The position numbers and the translations under genes were made by a program. From the human T2T-CHM13v2.0 reference genome, Homo sapiens, in the NCBI RefSeq assembly GCF_009914755.1, contig NC_060928.1: 64,000 nt of DNA; one strand, 5' to 3'. Of this stretch, positions 25,424 to 38,619 are shown piece by piece (position 1 is the first letter of the stretch; every line of letters begins with the position of its first letter). The notes under the pieces were generated by a model. The model was not told the origin of the DNA and did no database searches. It worked only from the letters and a program-made list of their open reading frames with translations.

Positions 25424-25915
25424 TGTTGCCTGTTTAGGGTAGTTGTCCAGGTTCTTGGCGTTTTTAACAGAGAATTGAACAAAACACACAAACAAAGCAA
25501 GGCAGTGAAGGCAGGAATTTAAACAAAGTACACTCCATAGGGAAGGAAAGGCCTTGAGCAAGCAGCTCAAGAGCATTGATTACAGAATTTTCTGGGGTTT
25601 AAATACCCTCTATAGGTTTCCCACTGGTTCATTCTGCGCAAATCAGTCTGATTGGTTGCAGGAGGGAACCGGTTGGAGGTACTTTCGTTTTCAACTGCCA
25701 CACAGAAAAAGGAGGGGTTGCAACTGCCACATAGCAACTGACACGCCGAAAAAGGAGGCGTTGCAACTGCCACACAGAAAAAGGAGGGGTTGCAACTGCC
25801 ACGCAGCAACTGCCACGCAGAAAAAGGAGGGGTTGAAAAGGGAGTAGCTTCTGATATTCAGTAAGTACGAATCGGCCTTAGGTTCCCTGCCTCAAGACCC
25901 TATTCTCCTGCCTCA
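25424..25915 (-). mobile_element. MER51 ERV1 solo LTR
   Basis: Minus strand starts TGAGGCAGGAGAATAGGGTCTTGAGGCAGGGAACCTAAGGCCGATTC and ends CA; 4-bp TSD CTTT at 25420-25423 and 25916-25919. Confidence 0.88.
25692..25835. repeat. Higher-order tandem repeat (29+14+29 bp) x2 within MER51
   Basis: Units CAACTGCCACACAGAAAAAGGAGGGGTTG and CAACTGCCACATAG/CAACTGCCACGCAG. Confidence 0.95.
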
Positions 25916-26959
25916 CTTTTAGCTAAGGGTTATTACAAAACAGTCAGAAAGTTAAGACAAAATATGAAAGTTTATAAAGTAAAAAGAGTTACAGTGAGCT
26001 AAGTATAACTTATTGAAAACATTTTTTTAATTTAGTATAGCCTAACTGTGTTTATACAGTCTACAGTAGTATACAGTAATATCCTAGACCTCCACATTCC
26101 CTCGCCACTCACTCACTCACTCACCGACTCACTCAGAGCAACATCCAGTCCTGGAAGCTCCATTCACAGTAAGTACCTTATACAGGTATACCATTTTTAC
26201 ATCTTGTATAGTGTATTTCTACTGTGCCTTTTCTATATTTAAATTTATTTAAATACACAAATATTACGTGTTAAAATTGCCTATAGGATTCAGCACGGTA
26301 ACGTGCTGTACAGACTTGTAGCTAAGTAGCAATAGGCTCTGCCATATAGAAGGTGCAGTAGGGTATACCATCTAGGTTTGTGTAAGTACACTCCTTGATG
26401 TTGGTACAACAATGAAATCACCTAGCTGTGCATTTCTCAGAATGTATCCCCACTGTCAAGTGATACATGACTGTATATTAATATGAAGATGAAACCTAGC
26501 TATGTAAAGAGATTTTTTTACATGTGCATTTTTCTTCATCTGTTCCCAAAGCTCCCCTAAAATGCAGTGAAGATATTTTTTAAATTATAAACCCACTAAC
26601 ACAAAGAAAAGAACAATAGCAATAACATTTTAAATCTAGAAAAAAAGGAAAATTTCTTAGTGGTTGACAGAAACTTAAATCCTAGGCCAGTTTTGGGAAA
26701 ATTAGAAAAAAATCAAAGGAACATAATATATAACTCAAAACCTGCAAATTGCTCAGAATTCAAGAAGTCAGATATTTCTGGAAATAGGAGAGATGGTGGA
26801 TCTAAAAAGAAATTTGATTGATGTTTGTTTAAGAAATAAACTAACATTCATAATGATTTTAGAAAAGATGAAATGAATGATGTGGGGACATCTGAGTAAT
26901 ATAAGAAAATTAGATTCATAAGTTAGAAAATATAAGAAGTTGAATTCATAAGTTACAGC

Positions 26960-27950
26960 TAATAGCAGATAAACTCCAAGCAAATAAATATTTCAATGTA
27001 AAAGTAGACTTATAAAAGCAATGAAATAGAAAAATATTTCATAGCAGTGGTGAAGAAGACCACTTTATGACACAAAATTCAAAACTCATAAAATATGCAT
27101 TAAGTATGAATACATAAAGTTTTTTAATTGCATAAGGAAATAAAAATACCATAAATAAAATCAGAAGACAAAGGACAAATAGGAAAAAATGTAAACGACA
27201 TCAGGAACAAAAATTAATTTACCCAATGCATATTTTTAAAAAACTAAACACTGATTAATAACTAAATAGAAAATAAAATTTGGTGAAAGACATGAACAAT
27301 TTGTAGAATAATCAAGAAACATAGAATATGATACAAAAATTTCTCGATATAAAATAGTTTTCATTCATCATAAGAGAAATTTTGTTTATTAAAGATATGC
27401 CTAGATGTCATTATTTTTCTGCCTCTTAAATTGACAAAATCAAAAGCTTAATATGGTATGCAGCTTTGGAACTATCTCTCAAAATTGCAAATGTATATAA
27501 CATTTGACCTAGAAATTGCACTATTGAGAATTTTCCTACAGCATATTTGCCCATGCATTAAACAGCTTAAAAGCAGGGTTATTTATTGCAATATTATTTT
27601 CAGAACAAGAGATGAGAGTTAATCAAGTGTTCATGAAGAGAGGACTCATTAAGTAAATGATTGTATATAAAAAAGAAATTTCCTATGTACTGACACCAAA
27701 AAAGACATGCAAATTTCATTAAGTGCAAAAAGCAAGAAAGCAGTCTCCCTTCTGTGTATAAAAGGAGAAACATGCATTTTAATTTGTATAAAAATCTCTG
27801 CAGAATTTATAAAATCACCTATTTTGAGAGTTGAAGACTGGATACATGTGGGAGAAGTGAAGAAGTAATGACTTTTTATGGTAAAACATTCTGTATTGTT
27901 AATTTTCTAAAATGAATATATATATATATATATAAATTATCCAAAAGAAT
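26960..27950 (+). mobile_element. L1ME ORF2 end and 3'UTR fragment
   Basis: AAATAAAATCAGAAGACAAAGGACAAATAGG, TTTGACCTAGAAATTGCACTATTGAGAATTTT, TTTATTGCAATATTATTT landmarks. Confidence 0.65.
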
Positions 27951-28856
27951 GGAAGAAAGGAATCATCAGGAAACCAGTAAGAGATATTTGAAAGGTATGT
28001 ATGCATGTACATGGCCTCTCACACATACACCCACGTCAAACAAATAAATACATACCCTCACCCACATCAAGGAAATAAATTATACAAATACATATATTTT
28101 TAAATATCAAAAATAAAAAAACAAGTGAAGCAACAAATATGAGAGGTATAAGATGGAAAATAAAAAATCATCAAATATTTCAAGACATCATCCTAAAAGC
28201 ATTCCAGATGGAAAATTCTCTTAAAGCACCCAACACAATGTGAATGAAAATATATCCATCTCAAGGCATATTATCCTCAAATTTCAGAATACTGTGAAAA
28301 TTATATGCTTCCTAAAAGAATGAAAAACAAAATAAAAAGTAAACCGGTATTATTGAGGGGATACATAATAAGAAAGACATTGGATTTATTAAAAATGACA
28401 CCAAAGGTAGGATAAAAATTGTTTAAATGCCTTTTAATTTTGTGAGGAATCTAGAATTCTATACCTAGCCATGTTTTCAATTAAATGTGAGGATGGAGTA
28501 GGGACATTTTCAAACCTTACAACATTTTCTCTCTTGCACATTTTCTCAGGAAGCTATTGGAAGAGATGCTCAAAGAAGAAAAAATTACCATAATCCAATA
28601 AAGAAGAAGACCTGAGATCCAGGAAGCAGATGATCTGAACTGCAGAGAAAGTTCAGGAAAGTTCCCTCATTCATGATGATGGGAAATAACAGTAAATTCT
28701 GTACAGCAGTCTTGGACAACAACCAATCTAAACTGGCACAGTGCAGAGGCAATCAATAGAGAACATAATATTGATAGAATGCCTGACGCTTTTGATTGTA
28801 TTCACAGGAAACATAAACAATTGGAAGACAGTTTATGAATGAATTAGTGATAAGCA

Positions 28857-29623
28857 TTTTTTTTCAACTTTTATTTTAGATTCAAGGGTACATGTGCAGG
28901 TTTGGTGCCTGGGTATACTGGGTGATGCTGAGGTTTGTGTTACAAATGATCCCATCATCCAGGTACTGAGCATGGTATCCAGTAGTTAGTTTTTAACCCT
29001 TCTCCTGTCTCTCTCCTGGTGGTCCCCAGTTTCTACTGTTGCCATCTTTATGTCCATGAGTATACAATGTTTAGCTCCCACTTGTGAGAACATGCGTATT
29101 TGCCTATTTAATTATTTGTTTATTTGTTGAGACATAGTTTCACTCTCTAGCCCGATCTTGGCTCACTGCAACCTACGCTTCCTGTGTTCAAGCGATTCTC
29201 TTGCCTCGGCCTCCCCAGTAGCTGAGATTACAGGCACCTACTACCATGCCTGACTAATTTTTGTATTTTAATAGAGATAGGGTTGCACCCTGTTGGCCAG
29301 GCTGGTTTCAAATTCCTGATCTCAAGCGATCCACTCACCTTGGCCTCCCAAACGGCTGGGATTACAGGCTTGAGCCACCACGCCCAGCCACTATTTGCTT
29401 TTCTATTCCTGCATTAATTTGCTTAGGATAATAGCCCTCAACTTCATCCATTTTGCTGCAAAGAAAATAATTTTGTTCTTTTTTAGGGCTGCATAGTATT
29501 CCATGGTGTATATGTACCACATTTGTTTTATTTAATCCACTGTTGATGGACACCTGGGTTTATTCTATGCCTTTGCTACTACAAATAGGGCTGTGATGAA
29601 CATGCAAAGGCATGTGTCTCCTT
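28857..29623 (-). mobile_element. Old L1PA (about L1PA15/16) 3' fragment containing an Alu
   Basis: TTTTATTTTAGATTCAAGGGTACATGTGCAGGTTTG...GGCTGCATAGTATTCCATGGTGTATATGTACCAC; degenerate TSD GTGATAAGCATTTT/GAGATAAATATTTT. Confidence 0.88.
29106..29389 (-). mobile_element. AluS with ~20-nt deletion in the right arm
   Basis: Reverse dimer; TSD core TATTTGC on both sides; lacks AGGCTGGAGTGCAGTGG. Confidence 0.92.
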
Positions 29624-31039
29624 GAGATAAATATTTTAAAAATACAATAAAATCAAAAAAAATTAATGTCAGGGCTAACATACAGTTATTAGAAAAAAAA
29701 AATTTTGTTATTATAGATAGACACTAGCTTTAACATAATAATAGTTATGTAAGTAGTCGAAGTTCATATGATCAAAATTATTATTTAGCTGTTTTAAAAG
29801 AATGCAGATATAAGAGATATACCATTAATGGTGAATAGTTCCAGTAAAAGCAAGCTAAGCTCTCTTTCACATTCCATAGAGGGAATTTAATAAGCCCTGA
29901 AACCGAAAGTTCAAGAAGGAAAAGTGCAAGTCCTACATGAATTGATCAATGATTGCCTCTGGAAATTATTGGTGTGAATGGGGAGGCAAAATTGCTAGTT
30001 TGGTTAATAAGCTATGTAACTGTTTGATAATTCTTCACTTGCATGTAAACTTCGGTACAAATAAAAGCTAATGAAAACAGAGACAGAATTATTAAATCAT
30101 CATAACATAAAGTTAACATTTTTCATCATTTTTCACTTGTTCAAAGATCATAAGAAATTTTCATCTTAATTTTCAAGCATCAACTAATGTTTCTACTCTC
30201 CCTGAGTACCATAAAAAGCCTTCTGTGGACAGTCTAAGTGACAATGACGCCTTAGATTTGGCAAAAATTACTTTCAGATGTAAATCAATTTGAGAATGAA
30301 CTGATGCTCTGAAACCGGAATTTACTTGTTGCTCAAATTTGCCCCAAAATAAAATAATTTTCAATCATAGGAGAATTCACAGGGCCCAGCTCTCCATTGG
30401 TGTTCCAATCTATTCTCTGACCTCTATGCTGTACACAAGAATCCTCAATGGTTTTTCTGGAACCCAAGACAGAAATAATGTCCCAAATGATGCTTGCTCT
30501 AAGAGTATCACTCACCCAGGGGGTTTACCCCCTGCAACTTTCCCTTTTACCAGTTTTGCTACAGATTTTTATGAACTTAGTTCCCCAGTCACCAGGGCCA
30601 CAGATGTTTGAAATACTTTTCTGTCTTTTTTTTTAAGTGATAAACAACTGAATTCCTATTCACTTTTACTCCACGAGTGACTTTACAATACATTGAAAAA
30701 AGATAAACTGTCAGTATTCTTTTCTTTAAAAACTGTAAAATGCCTTTCCACTTATTTCTTATACTATGTTGTCTCTCAGATAATACATTGATGCAATTTT
30801 GGATAATGTTTTAATGAAGAAGTTGACAGTAATGCACATTAATTAAAATATGTAAAAATCTATATTCATAACACGACTTTGAATTTTAAATGTTTTCAGT
30901 GAAAACATGTCATATTGTAGACATGCTGAGAAAATTCTACATATTTATTTATCCAGTCCTCATCCAACAGATATCCCGATGGCAATAGAATGCAATTTGT
31001 GAAAAGGTTTATAAAATAAGTGGGTTTAACTGAAATTCA

Positions 31040-31570
31040 ACTTTCATTAACTGTTGATTGAGCACTCTGTCACTATTTTAAGTATTAGAAATACAGTAGT
31101 AAACAAATTCTACCTAATTCTTGACCTCAGGTACTTTCCATTTCACTGGTATTACTTGATATTTTTAAAGATTACACATATAGGTCAATAGATCTCCATG
31201 AAACATAAAAATAGTAAAAAGAAGGAGAAAAAAGAGGAAAGGGAAGGGAAATAAAGTATACAAGTCATGCATTATCTGTTCTAGTCAACACAATAATTCA
31301 TTTTCTATTGTTTTGACATCTGGGTGGTGGGGGGAACCCACAACTCGCATCCTTCATTGACTATGTTTGCAAAGTTTGGAGAGAAAATTTGCAGGGTCCC
31401 ATTTTAGATGGCTAAGTCTGAGATGCCAATTAGACATGCCACAGGAGATGTAGAATAAGAGCTGAATATTTCAGTCTAGAATTCAGTAAAGGATTTCAAC
31501 TGAAGATCAAATGTGGAAGTCATCAGCCTATAGATGATAAAGCACATAGCAATTCCGACGTAGATTATAA
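31040..31570 (-). mobile_element. L2 fragments
   Basis: TTCATTAACTGTTGATTGAGCAC...AATACAGTAGTAAAC and TCTGAGATGCCAATTAGACATGCC...GGAAGTCATCAGCCTATAGATG. Confidence 0.6.
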
Positions 31571-31609
31571 TGAAATTTATAAATCTGAACACCACTGATT
31601 TCTCAATCC

Positions 31610-31735
31610 CCCTTCATCCTCTTCCTTTTTCTCTCCTTTGTCTCCTCTTCCTCCTTTTTCCTTATTTCTTTCTCCTCCTCATTCTCCTTACACTCTTTCT
31701 TCTCCTCCTCCTCCTCCTCCTCCTCCTCCTGCTCT
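31610..31735. repeat. CT-rich / (CTC)n polypyrimidine tract
   Basis: Read directly. Confidence 0.9.
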
Positions 31736-33541
31736 GCTTGGTGAGCAGATGGGACTGAGTTAAATTACAAGCATTTTCTTTGTTTCTCTATCCTTTTCTT
31801 TATGGCACTTTAGTAAATGAGGCCTTGCTCCCCTCCCATAGGTATATGTGTATTGCTTATACTGTCGGCTTTGAAATATTACTAATAAGCTCTACTCACC
31901 TTGCTTGCAGTCCATTTTAGATTTTTGAATGTCACCAACTATATCCTCTGTTTTTACCCACCTACCAAAACTTAAATAGAAGCACATATTGTTTTATTTC
32001 TTCAGAGACTGTCCAATCTAAGGGTAAACTAGGCCAATCCATAAAGATGGGTACAGATTTGAGACTCATGGACAGAGAGGACTTAGATTTGACTCATTGC
32101 TTTCACTTTGTGAAAGCCAATTCAAAGTGTCTACAGTTAAGAATAAAAAGAGAGGGCACACTGTCCCTCCATGGCCCTGATTTTTCCTCTGTGAGGCATG
32201 CCAGTAATTAGATGGTCTCCATATATGGCATACAAGGAGAATTTGGTAAAATCAGAAGAGGCTGGAAATTTTGGACGCTTTAAATTCAGATACTGAAGCA
32301 TGTCGGCATTCAAAGACTCACCCTGTTACCATAGAAATAAATCCTTGTCTTACCAGTTACACATTTCTTTACTTAATTCTAACTGAACCATTAGGTTTAT
32401 TGAATTTTTAGTACAAAAAGCTCACCATAGCCTACTGTGTAGTAGAGATCAATTTACATTTTACTGAAGATTTCTAGAAGAGACCATGGAAGGGTATTAC
32501 TATACACAACATACAACTTCGCACAATGTCTCTCTTCTCAAGCTCCTGCTGCCATGTAACTCATAATGTCCCTTCCCGATTCACTGGCAATTTTTCCCAT
32601 TTGCTACATAGAGTTGTTTAGGCTGTGCCCCACATCCATCTCACCACTCATCAAAGAGCTTTTCAGAGTATAACATCATGACAAAAGTGTCTGGGATAAC
32701 AAATGATAGATAATATCTCCTGTAACTCAGTTGTTCAAAAAAAAATCACTGAGAGATGATAGTATGGATATACAAAGAAGTCTCCTATGGCCTTCAAGAG
32801 TACATCTCTAATGCTGTAAGATCCTTGTGTTTTAAAAACTTTCAAACAATCCAATTCATATATTGAAGCACTTAAGGAAAGACTAGAGACTATAGCGGTT
32901 CAGCACTTTGCAATGTGTGAAAAAAATTAAGCCATAATTTCTGCTTTTACATCTGTATTTTAAAAAATTATTACTCCTTTACTAACATTATGAGCATTTT
33001 ATGAACATCATAATTTATCTCCATTGCCCTTCTCTTGGTCTGTTTCAGTTGATATATAACACACTACAAATTGCTAAAAGTAAGTTATTACAGTGAGCAA
33101 TTTCTAATTATTTCCTCTGATTAAAGCTTAGATATGTCAAGGAAGCTGATCCCACATGTTACTGTTTGATGAGAAACTATGCTTTATAATTAATCTCTGC
33201 CATTTAAAAATATATATGAATTGGATTTTGCATTAATATCTGTGAAACGTTTTAATTTTATTTCTCATTTCTTTCTGATTTATTAAGGGATAAATTATCA
33301 TAGCCAACATATATTAGAAAAAATAAAATACTATTATGATTAATAAGAGTATTACATGTTCTACTTGTATAAGAGAAAACAGTTGAACACCTGTCAGAAA
33401 AGTTTATAATCAGATGCAAATCTAACTTGTGTCTGCTATGTCTACAAACTTTCAGTTCCTTTACTTGTATTCTTTATATTTTTATCAATTTCTCAGTTAT
33501 TAGTAGAAAAAATTTTACCCCATGCAGACTTTGTTATATAC

Positions 33542-33713
33542 CAATGGTTTCCAAACTTTAAAAGCCAGAGGAATTGTTGAAACATATTGCTTGACCCATC
33601 ACCAAAGTTTATAATTAAGTAAGTCTAAGGAAGAACCCAATAATTTGCATTTTTAATAAATTTTCAGGTGCCAGTGATGCTGCCAGCCAAGGGACTACAT
33701 TTTGAGAACCACT
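33542..33713. mobile_element. MER5A hAT-Charlie MITE
   Basis: TIRs CAATGGTTTCCAAA and TTTGAGAACCACT; internal AATTTGCATTTTTAATAA...GTGATGCTG. Confidence 0.8.
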
Positions 33714-34064
33714 ACTATAAGTTTCTTAAAATCTAATACAATAAGTTTCTTCATTGTTTTTAATCAGGATATGATAAAACAATTATTAATCTTAAATATT
33801 AGTAGAATAAACCAAAAAGTATTTCTAATCAGATGTGTGACTTGCTCCTACTTTTTACATAAAAAACAATTTACTATTTTTCTCTAATGTTTTTTCCTGC
33901 CACACTCTGCCACAAAGAGTTGTATCTTTCATTATTTTACAATGTCTGTGCCTGGCTTTCCATCTACAATGACATGCTTTGAAAGCAGAGTAACTTTTGG
34001 ATGTTTTTAATGCATCTTAAGAAGCAACTGAGATGGTAATTTGGAGATACGGATTATTAGAGAT

Positions 34065-34480
34065 TGTAATAGGCCATACCTTTCAAAAGCACACTTGTTG
34101 TCCAGCTGCTGGAAGAGCTCTTCATAGACATTCTTTATCTCATCCCCTTCAGAGATCACCTCAGCTGCAAAGTCACCTGGTTCAAGATCATCCTCTTCCA
34201 GGGATAGCCCACATACCTTGAATGATAAAGGTAGAAGTATAAATGCCTGTCCATTTAATTTCAATGAGGAATAACTCTTGGGCCATTTTTAGCTCTCTAG
34301 TACACCCTGGGTTCAGTCAATGCTATTTTTCGTGCTTTCATCACAGCTTCAGTTCAGCCAAATTCTGCTGCTTTTCACTTCCTTCCATGAATTGTGAGCC
34401 TAAAGGCATTACCAAAACAAAACAAAACAAAAGAAAACAAAACAAAAATCCACACACTTTAAGAGTCAGCTTCCCTAACT
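34065..34480 (+). mobile_element. LTR16-family ERVL LTR (LTR16C-like)
   Basis: CCCTTCAGAGATCACCTCAGCTGCA...AGTATAAATGCCTGTCCAT...CATCACAGCT...AGAGTCAGCTTCCC. Confidence 0.7.
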
Positions 34481-35319
34481 GTTCCAAGTTAGAGAAATTA
34501 ACTTGCAACAGAAGTAAAACAAGTGTATATACAATCCTACTGTGAGGAACTTTGGAGGAAAAAGGAAATAAAAGGTCACCGGAAAAAGAATGCATATACA
34601 AAACAGAATGTGGAAGCACAAACTGAAAGAAGCCAGAGGCAAATTCTGTGTAGTTGTGCCAGGGATACCGGAGGCAGCAACAACTAAGTGTCACTAGAAA
34701 TGGTCATGGACATTCTATGTTAACCTAATCCAATAACAAAAACCATGTAATATAAATGAGTGTACACATTATCCATTGATATTTCTAGTGGGTATTGAAG
34801 TTGTACAACATATATGTTCTCATCATTTAGTTCTTATACATATATTTTCTAGATAAACTGAGAGTTTTGAAAATTATTACAATAAAATTAGCACTATTTG
34901 TCAAGTGAGTGAGTTCAAGTCATTAGATCCCTGAGTGCAGGAGGCTAAGAACATAGGCTACATTACAGTGACATTCAATTTTCTCTGCCTACTGGATATT
35001 GAGCATCAGATTTTGTTAGCAAAAGAGTAGGCCGAGTGTGAAAGCATGCAAAATTCTTATTACTGTGGGTTAGTAAAGCTGATAAATTAGGTGGTAGAAA
35101 AACAGCAACATCCGTACTTATTGAGAACAGAAGGTAATGCTCATTGAATAGACACATTTCAATAAGTTAAATCAAACTGATTTAACTGAGAGTCTACTCT
35201 CCCTTTTTCTTATAACTTTGGGCAAGTTATTCACCCTCTCTCTTTTTCACTTTTTTCAGCTGTGAAGGTGGAAACTTTTAGAAATGAACCTCTGTGTACC
35301 ACTTTAATGTATTTCAGTT

Positions 35320-38300
35320 TGTGGGACACAGCAAAAGTAGGACTAACAGTGACATTCATAGCAATAAAAACTTACATAAAAATAAAAATATTTCAAATAA
35401 TTTAACAATGAGCCTCAAGGAACTAGAAAAACAAGAACAAACCAAACCCTAAATTAGTAGGAGATAAATAATGAAGATCAGAGCAGAACTAAACAAAACA
35501 AAGATGTTAACAAAATACAAATAATGAATGAAATATACGTACTTTTTTTTTAAAAAAAAAGTAAAAAAAAATTGATAAAACTGTAGATAGACTAACCAAG
35601 AAAAGGAAAAAAGAAGGCCCAAATAAACAAAATTGGAAATGAAAAAGGAGACATTATAACTGATATCACAGAAATGCAAAGATCAGCAAACACTATTGTG
35701 AACCAACTATATGCTAAACAACTTGGAAAACCTAGAGAAAATGGATAAATTCCTGAAAACATACATCCTACCAAGTTTGTTTCAGAAATAAATAGAAAAC
35801 CTGAAGAGACCAATAGTGAGTAACAAGATTGAATCAGTAATAAAAAGTCTACCAATAATGAAAAGCCCAGGACTGGATAAATTCACTGCCAAATTCTACC
35901 AACCATATACAGAAAAACTAATACCTGTGCTCCTCAAATTATTCCAAAAACTAGAAGAGAAGGAAATTCTCCTTAACTCCTTTTATAAGGCCAGATTTAC
36001 CCTGACACCAAAACCAGACAAGAACAAAACAGTTAAAACAACAGTTCAATATCCCCGATGAATATAGATGCAAAAACCCTCAAAAAATACTAGCAAACAA
36101 AATTCAACAGCACATCAGAAAGGTAATACACCATATTCAAGTATAATTTATACCAGGGATGCAAGGATGTTTTAACACATGCAAATCAACAAACGTGATA
36201 CATTAAATCAACAGAAAAAAAGACAAAAACAATAGGATCATCTTGATAGATGCAGAAAAAGCATTTTATGAAATTTAACATTTCTTCCTGATAAACTTTA
36301 GAAACTAGGCATAGAAGGAACACACCTATAAATATTAAAAGCCACATGTGAAAAACCCATAGCTAACATCATACTGAATGGGGATATGTTGTAAGCCTTT
36401 CTTCTAAGAACTGGAACAATGCAAGGATGCTCACTTTCCCATTTTTATTCGGCATTGTACCAAAAGTCCTAGTCAGAGCAATCAGGCAAGAGAAAGAAAT
36501 AAAAGGCATTCAAATTAGAAAGTAGGAAGTCAAACTGTCCCTCTTTGCAGACGTCATGATCTTGTATTTATAAAATTCAAAGACTGTACCAAAAACTTCT
36601 TGAGATAATAAGCAAATTCAGTAAAGTTCTAGGATATGTAATAAACATATAAAAATCAATAGCATTTCTATATACCCATAAGGAAACAGCTGAAAAATAA
36701 ATCAAGAAGGCAATTCCATTTGTAATAGCTACAAAAAACAAAAAAATGTAGAAATGAATTTAACCAAGGAGGTGAAAGATCTCTATGAAGAAAACTACAA
36801 AACTCTGATGACAGCGTTGAAGAGGACACTAACAAATGGAAAAGATATCCCAAGTCATGGATCAGGAGAATTAACGTTGTTAAAATGTCCATACTGCTAA
36901 AAGCAATCTACATATTCAATGCAATTCTTATCAAAACACCAATGTAATTTTTCATAGAAATAGAAAAAAAAGCCAAAATTTGTATGGAACCACAGAATAG
37001 CCTTAATAGCCAAAGCATTCCTGAGCAAAGAAGACAAAGCTGGAGGCATCGCACTATCTGAATTCAAAATGTAATTCTATAGTGACCAAAATAGCATGGT
37101 GTTGATACAAAAATAGACACACAGATCAATGGAACAGAAACAGAAGGCTTAGAAATAGACCCATATATTTAACACCAACTGATTTTCAACAAAGGCAACA
37201 AGAACATACACTGAGGAAGGATACTCTGCTCAATAAATGGGGTTTGGAAAGTGGATATCAATCTGCAGAAGAATAAAACTGGACTCCTATCACCCACCAT
37301 ATACAAAAAACAACTCAATATTAATTAAAGACTTAAATGTAAGACCCAAAAGTATAAAACTGCTAAATTAAAATATAGTGAAAACATATCAAGACATTGG
37401 TCTCACCAAAGACTTTATGACTAAGACCTTAAAAGCACAGAAAACTAAAACAAAAATAGACAAATGGAGCTATATTAAACTACAAAGCTTCTGAACAGCA
37501 AAGGAAAGAACAGACGGAAGAGACAACCACTTGAATGGGAGTAAGTATTCACAAACTATTATATATATTTGACAAGGGACTAATATCCAGAATATACAAG
37601 GGACTCAAACAACAACAACAACAAAACCCACAAATAATCCCATTAAAATGTGAGTAAAGAACATAAATAGACAAATCTCTAGAGAAAACATACAAATGGC
37701 CGATAGATATATAAAAATATGTTCAACATCACTAATCATCAGAGAAATGCAAATCAAAACCACAATGAGATATCATCTTGCCCCAGTTAGAATGGCTGTT
37801 ATTAAAAAGACAAAAATAACAAATACTGATGAGGATGTGGAGAAAAGGGAACTCTTATACACTGTTGTTAGAAATGTAAATTGGTATAGCCACTATAAAA
37901 AAATAGTATGGAGATTTCTAAAAATACTAAAAATAGAACTGCTATACCATCTAGCAATCCTACTACTGGGTATCTATCCAAAGGAAAAGAAATCAATATT
38001 CCAAAGGAGTACCTGAACGCACATGTTTACTGTAGCACTATTCACTATAATAAAGACACAGAATCAACCTAACTGTCCATCAATGGACAAATGGATAAAG
38101 AAAATAAGGTATGTATACACAATGGAATACTATTTGGTCATAAAACAATATGAAATCATGCCATTTGCAGCAATGCGGATGGAAATGGATGTCATTATGT
38201 TAAGTGAAATAACCCAGGAAGACAAATATTACATGCTCTTGCTCATATTTGGAAACTAAAAATGTTGGTTTCACGGAGTAGAGAGTAGAATGATAGTAAA

Positions 38301-38610
38301 ATCAGGGAAGGCTGGGTAAGCAGGAGTAGGGAATGAAGACAGGTAGATTAACAGATACAAACATATAGTTAGATAAAAGGTATAAGTCCTATTGTTTGAC
38401 AGCAGAGTACAATGACTATACTTAACAGCAATGTATTGTATATTTCAAAGTAGCAGAAGAGAGGACTTTAATTGTTCATAACATAGAGATGATAAATACT
38501 CAAAGTGACAGACACTTCAAATACCTTGACTTGATCAGTATACAGTCTATGCATGTAACAAAATATCAATATATCCCATAAATATGTAGCATGTTATGTA
38601 TCAAAAAAAA
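35320..38610 (+). mobile_element. 5'-truncated L1MA (about L1MA3-5): decayed ORF2 plus 3'UTR
   Basis: ORF2 peptides SNKIESVIKSLPIMKSPGLDKFTAKFYQ and [20 protein letters not shown]; TTTGCAGACGTCATG (FADD region); L1MA 3'UTR ending TATCAAAAAAAA. Confidence 0.93.
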
Positions 38611-38619
38611 TTTCCAGCC

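Larger units (their letters stand above)
25139..26473 (+). mobile_element. Tigger3 family (Tigger3b/MER7B-like) DNA transposon, interrupted by a MER51 LTR
   Basis: GGTCAACAACAGACCACATATAC...GTGGTCCCATAAGATTATAATGG start; CATTTCTCAGAATGTATCCCC...CATGACTG then TA at the end. Confidence 0.9.
28090..30070 (+). mobile_element. HAL1 (interrupted by L1PA at 28857-29623; probable 5' piece at ~26500-26830)
   Basis: CTAGAATTCTATACCTAGCC, TTCTCAGGAAGCTATTGGAAGA, GAAGAAGACCTGAGATCCAGGAAGCAG, CAACCAATCTAAACTGG. Confidence 0.65.

Noticed and set aside
25692-25835. CRISPR-like repeat array
   Set aside because: Units are directly tandem with no unique spacers, the context is a primate LTR, and there are no cas genes
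25554-25847. 97-aa ORF with repeated QLPHRKRRGCNCH
   Set aside because: Translation of the VNTR inside the MER51 LTR
26898-26957. ~30-bp degenerate tandem duplication
   Set aside because: AT-rich two-copy slippage among old LINE debris
30517-30550. Rho-independent terminator-like hairpin plus T tract
   Set aside because: Eukaryotic nuclear DNA with no associated bacterial-type gene
30173-30636. Cluster of short overlapping ORFs as host exons
   Set aside because: No recognisable domain, ORFs on both strands, no convincing splice-site pair
31570-31758. Leu-rich signal or membrane peptide ORF
   Set aside because: Translation artefact of the (CTC)n tract
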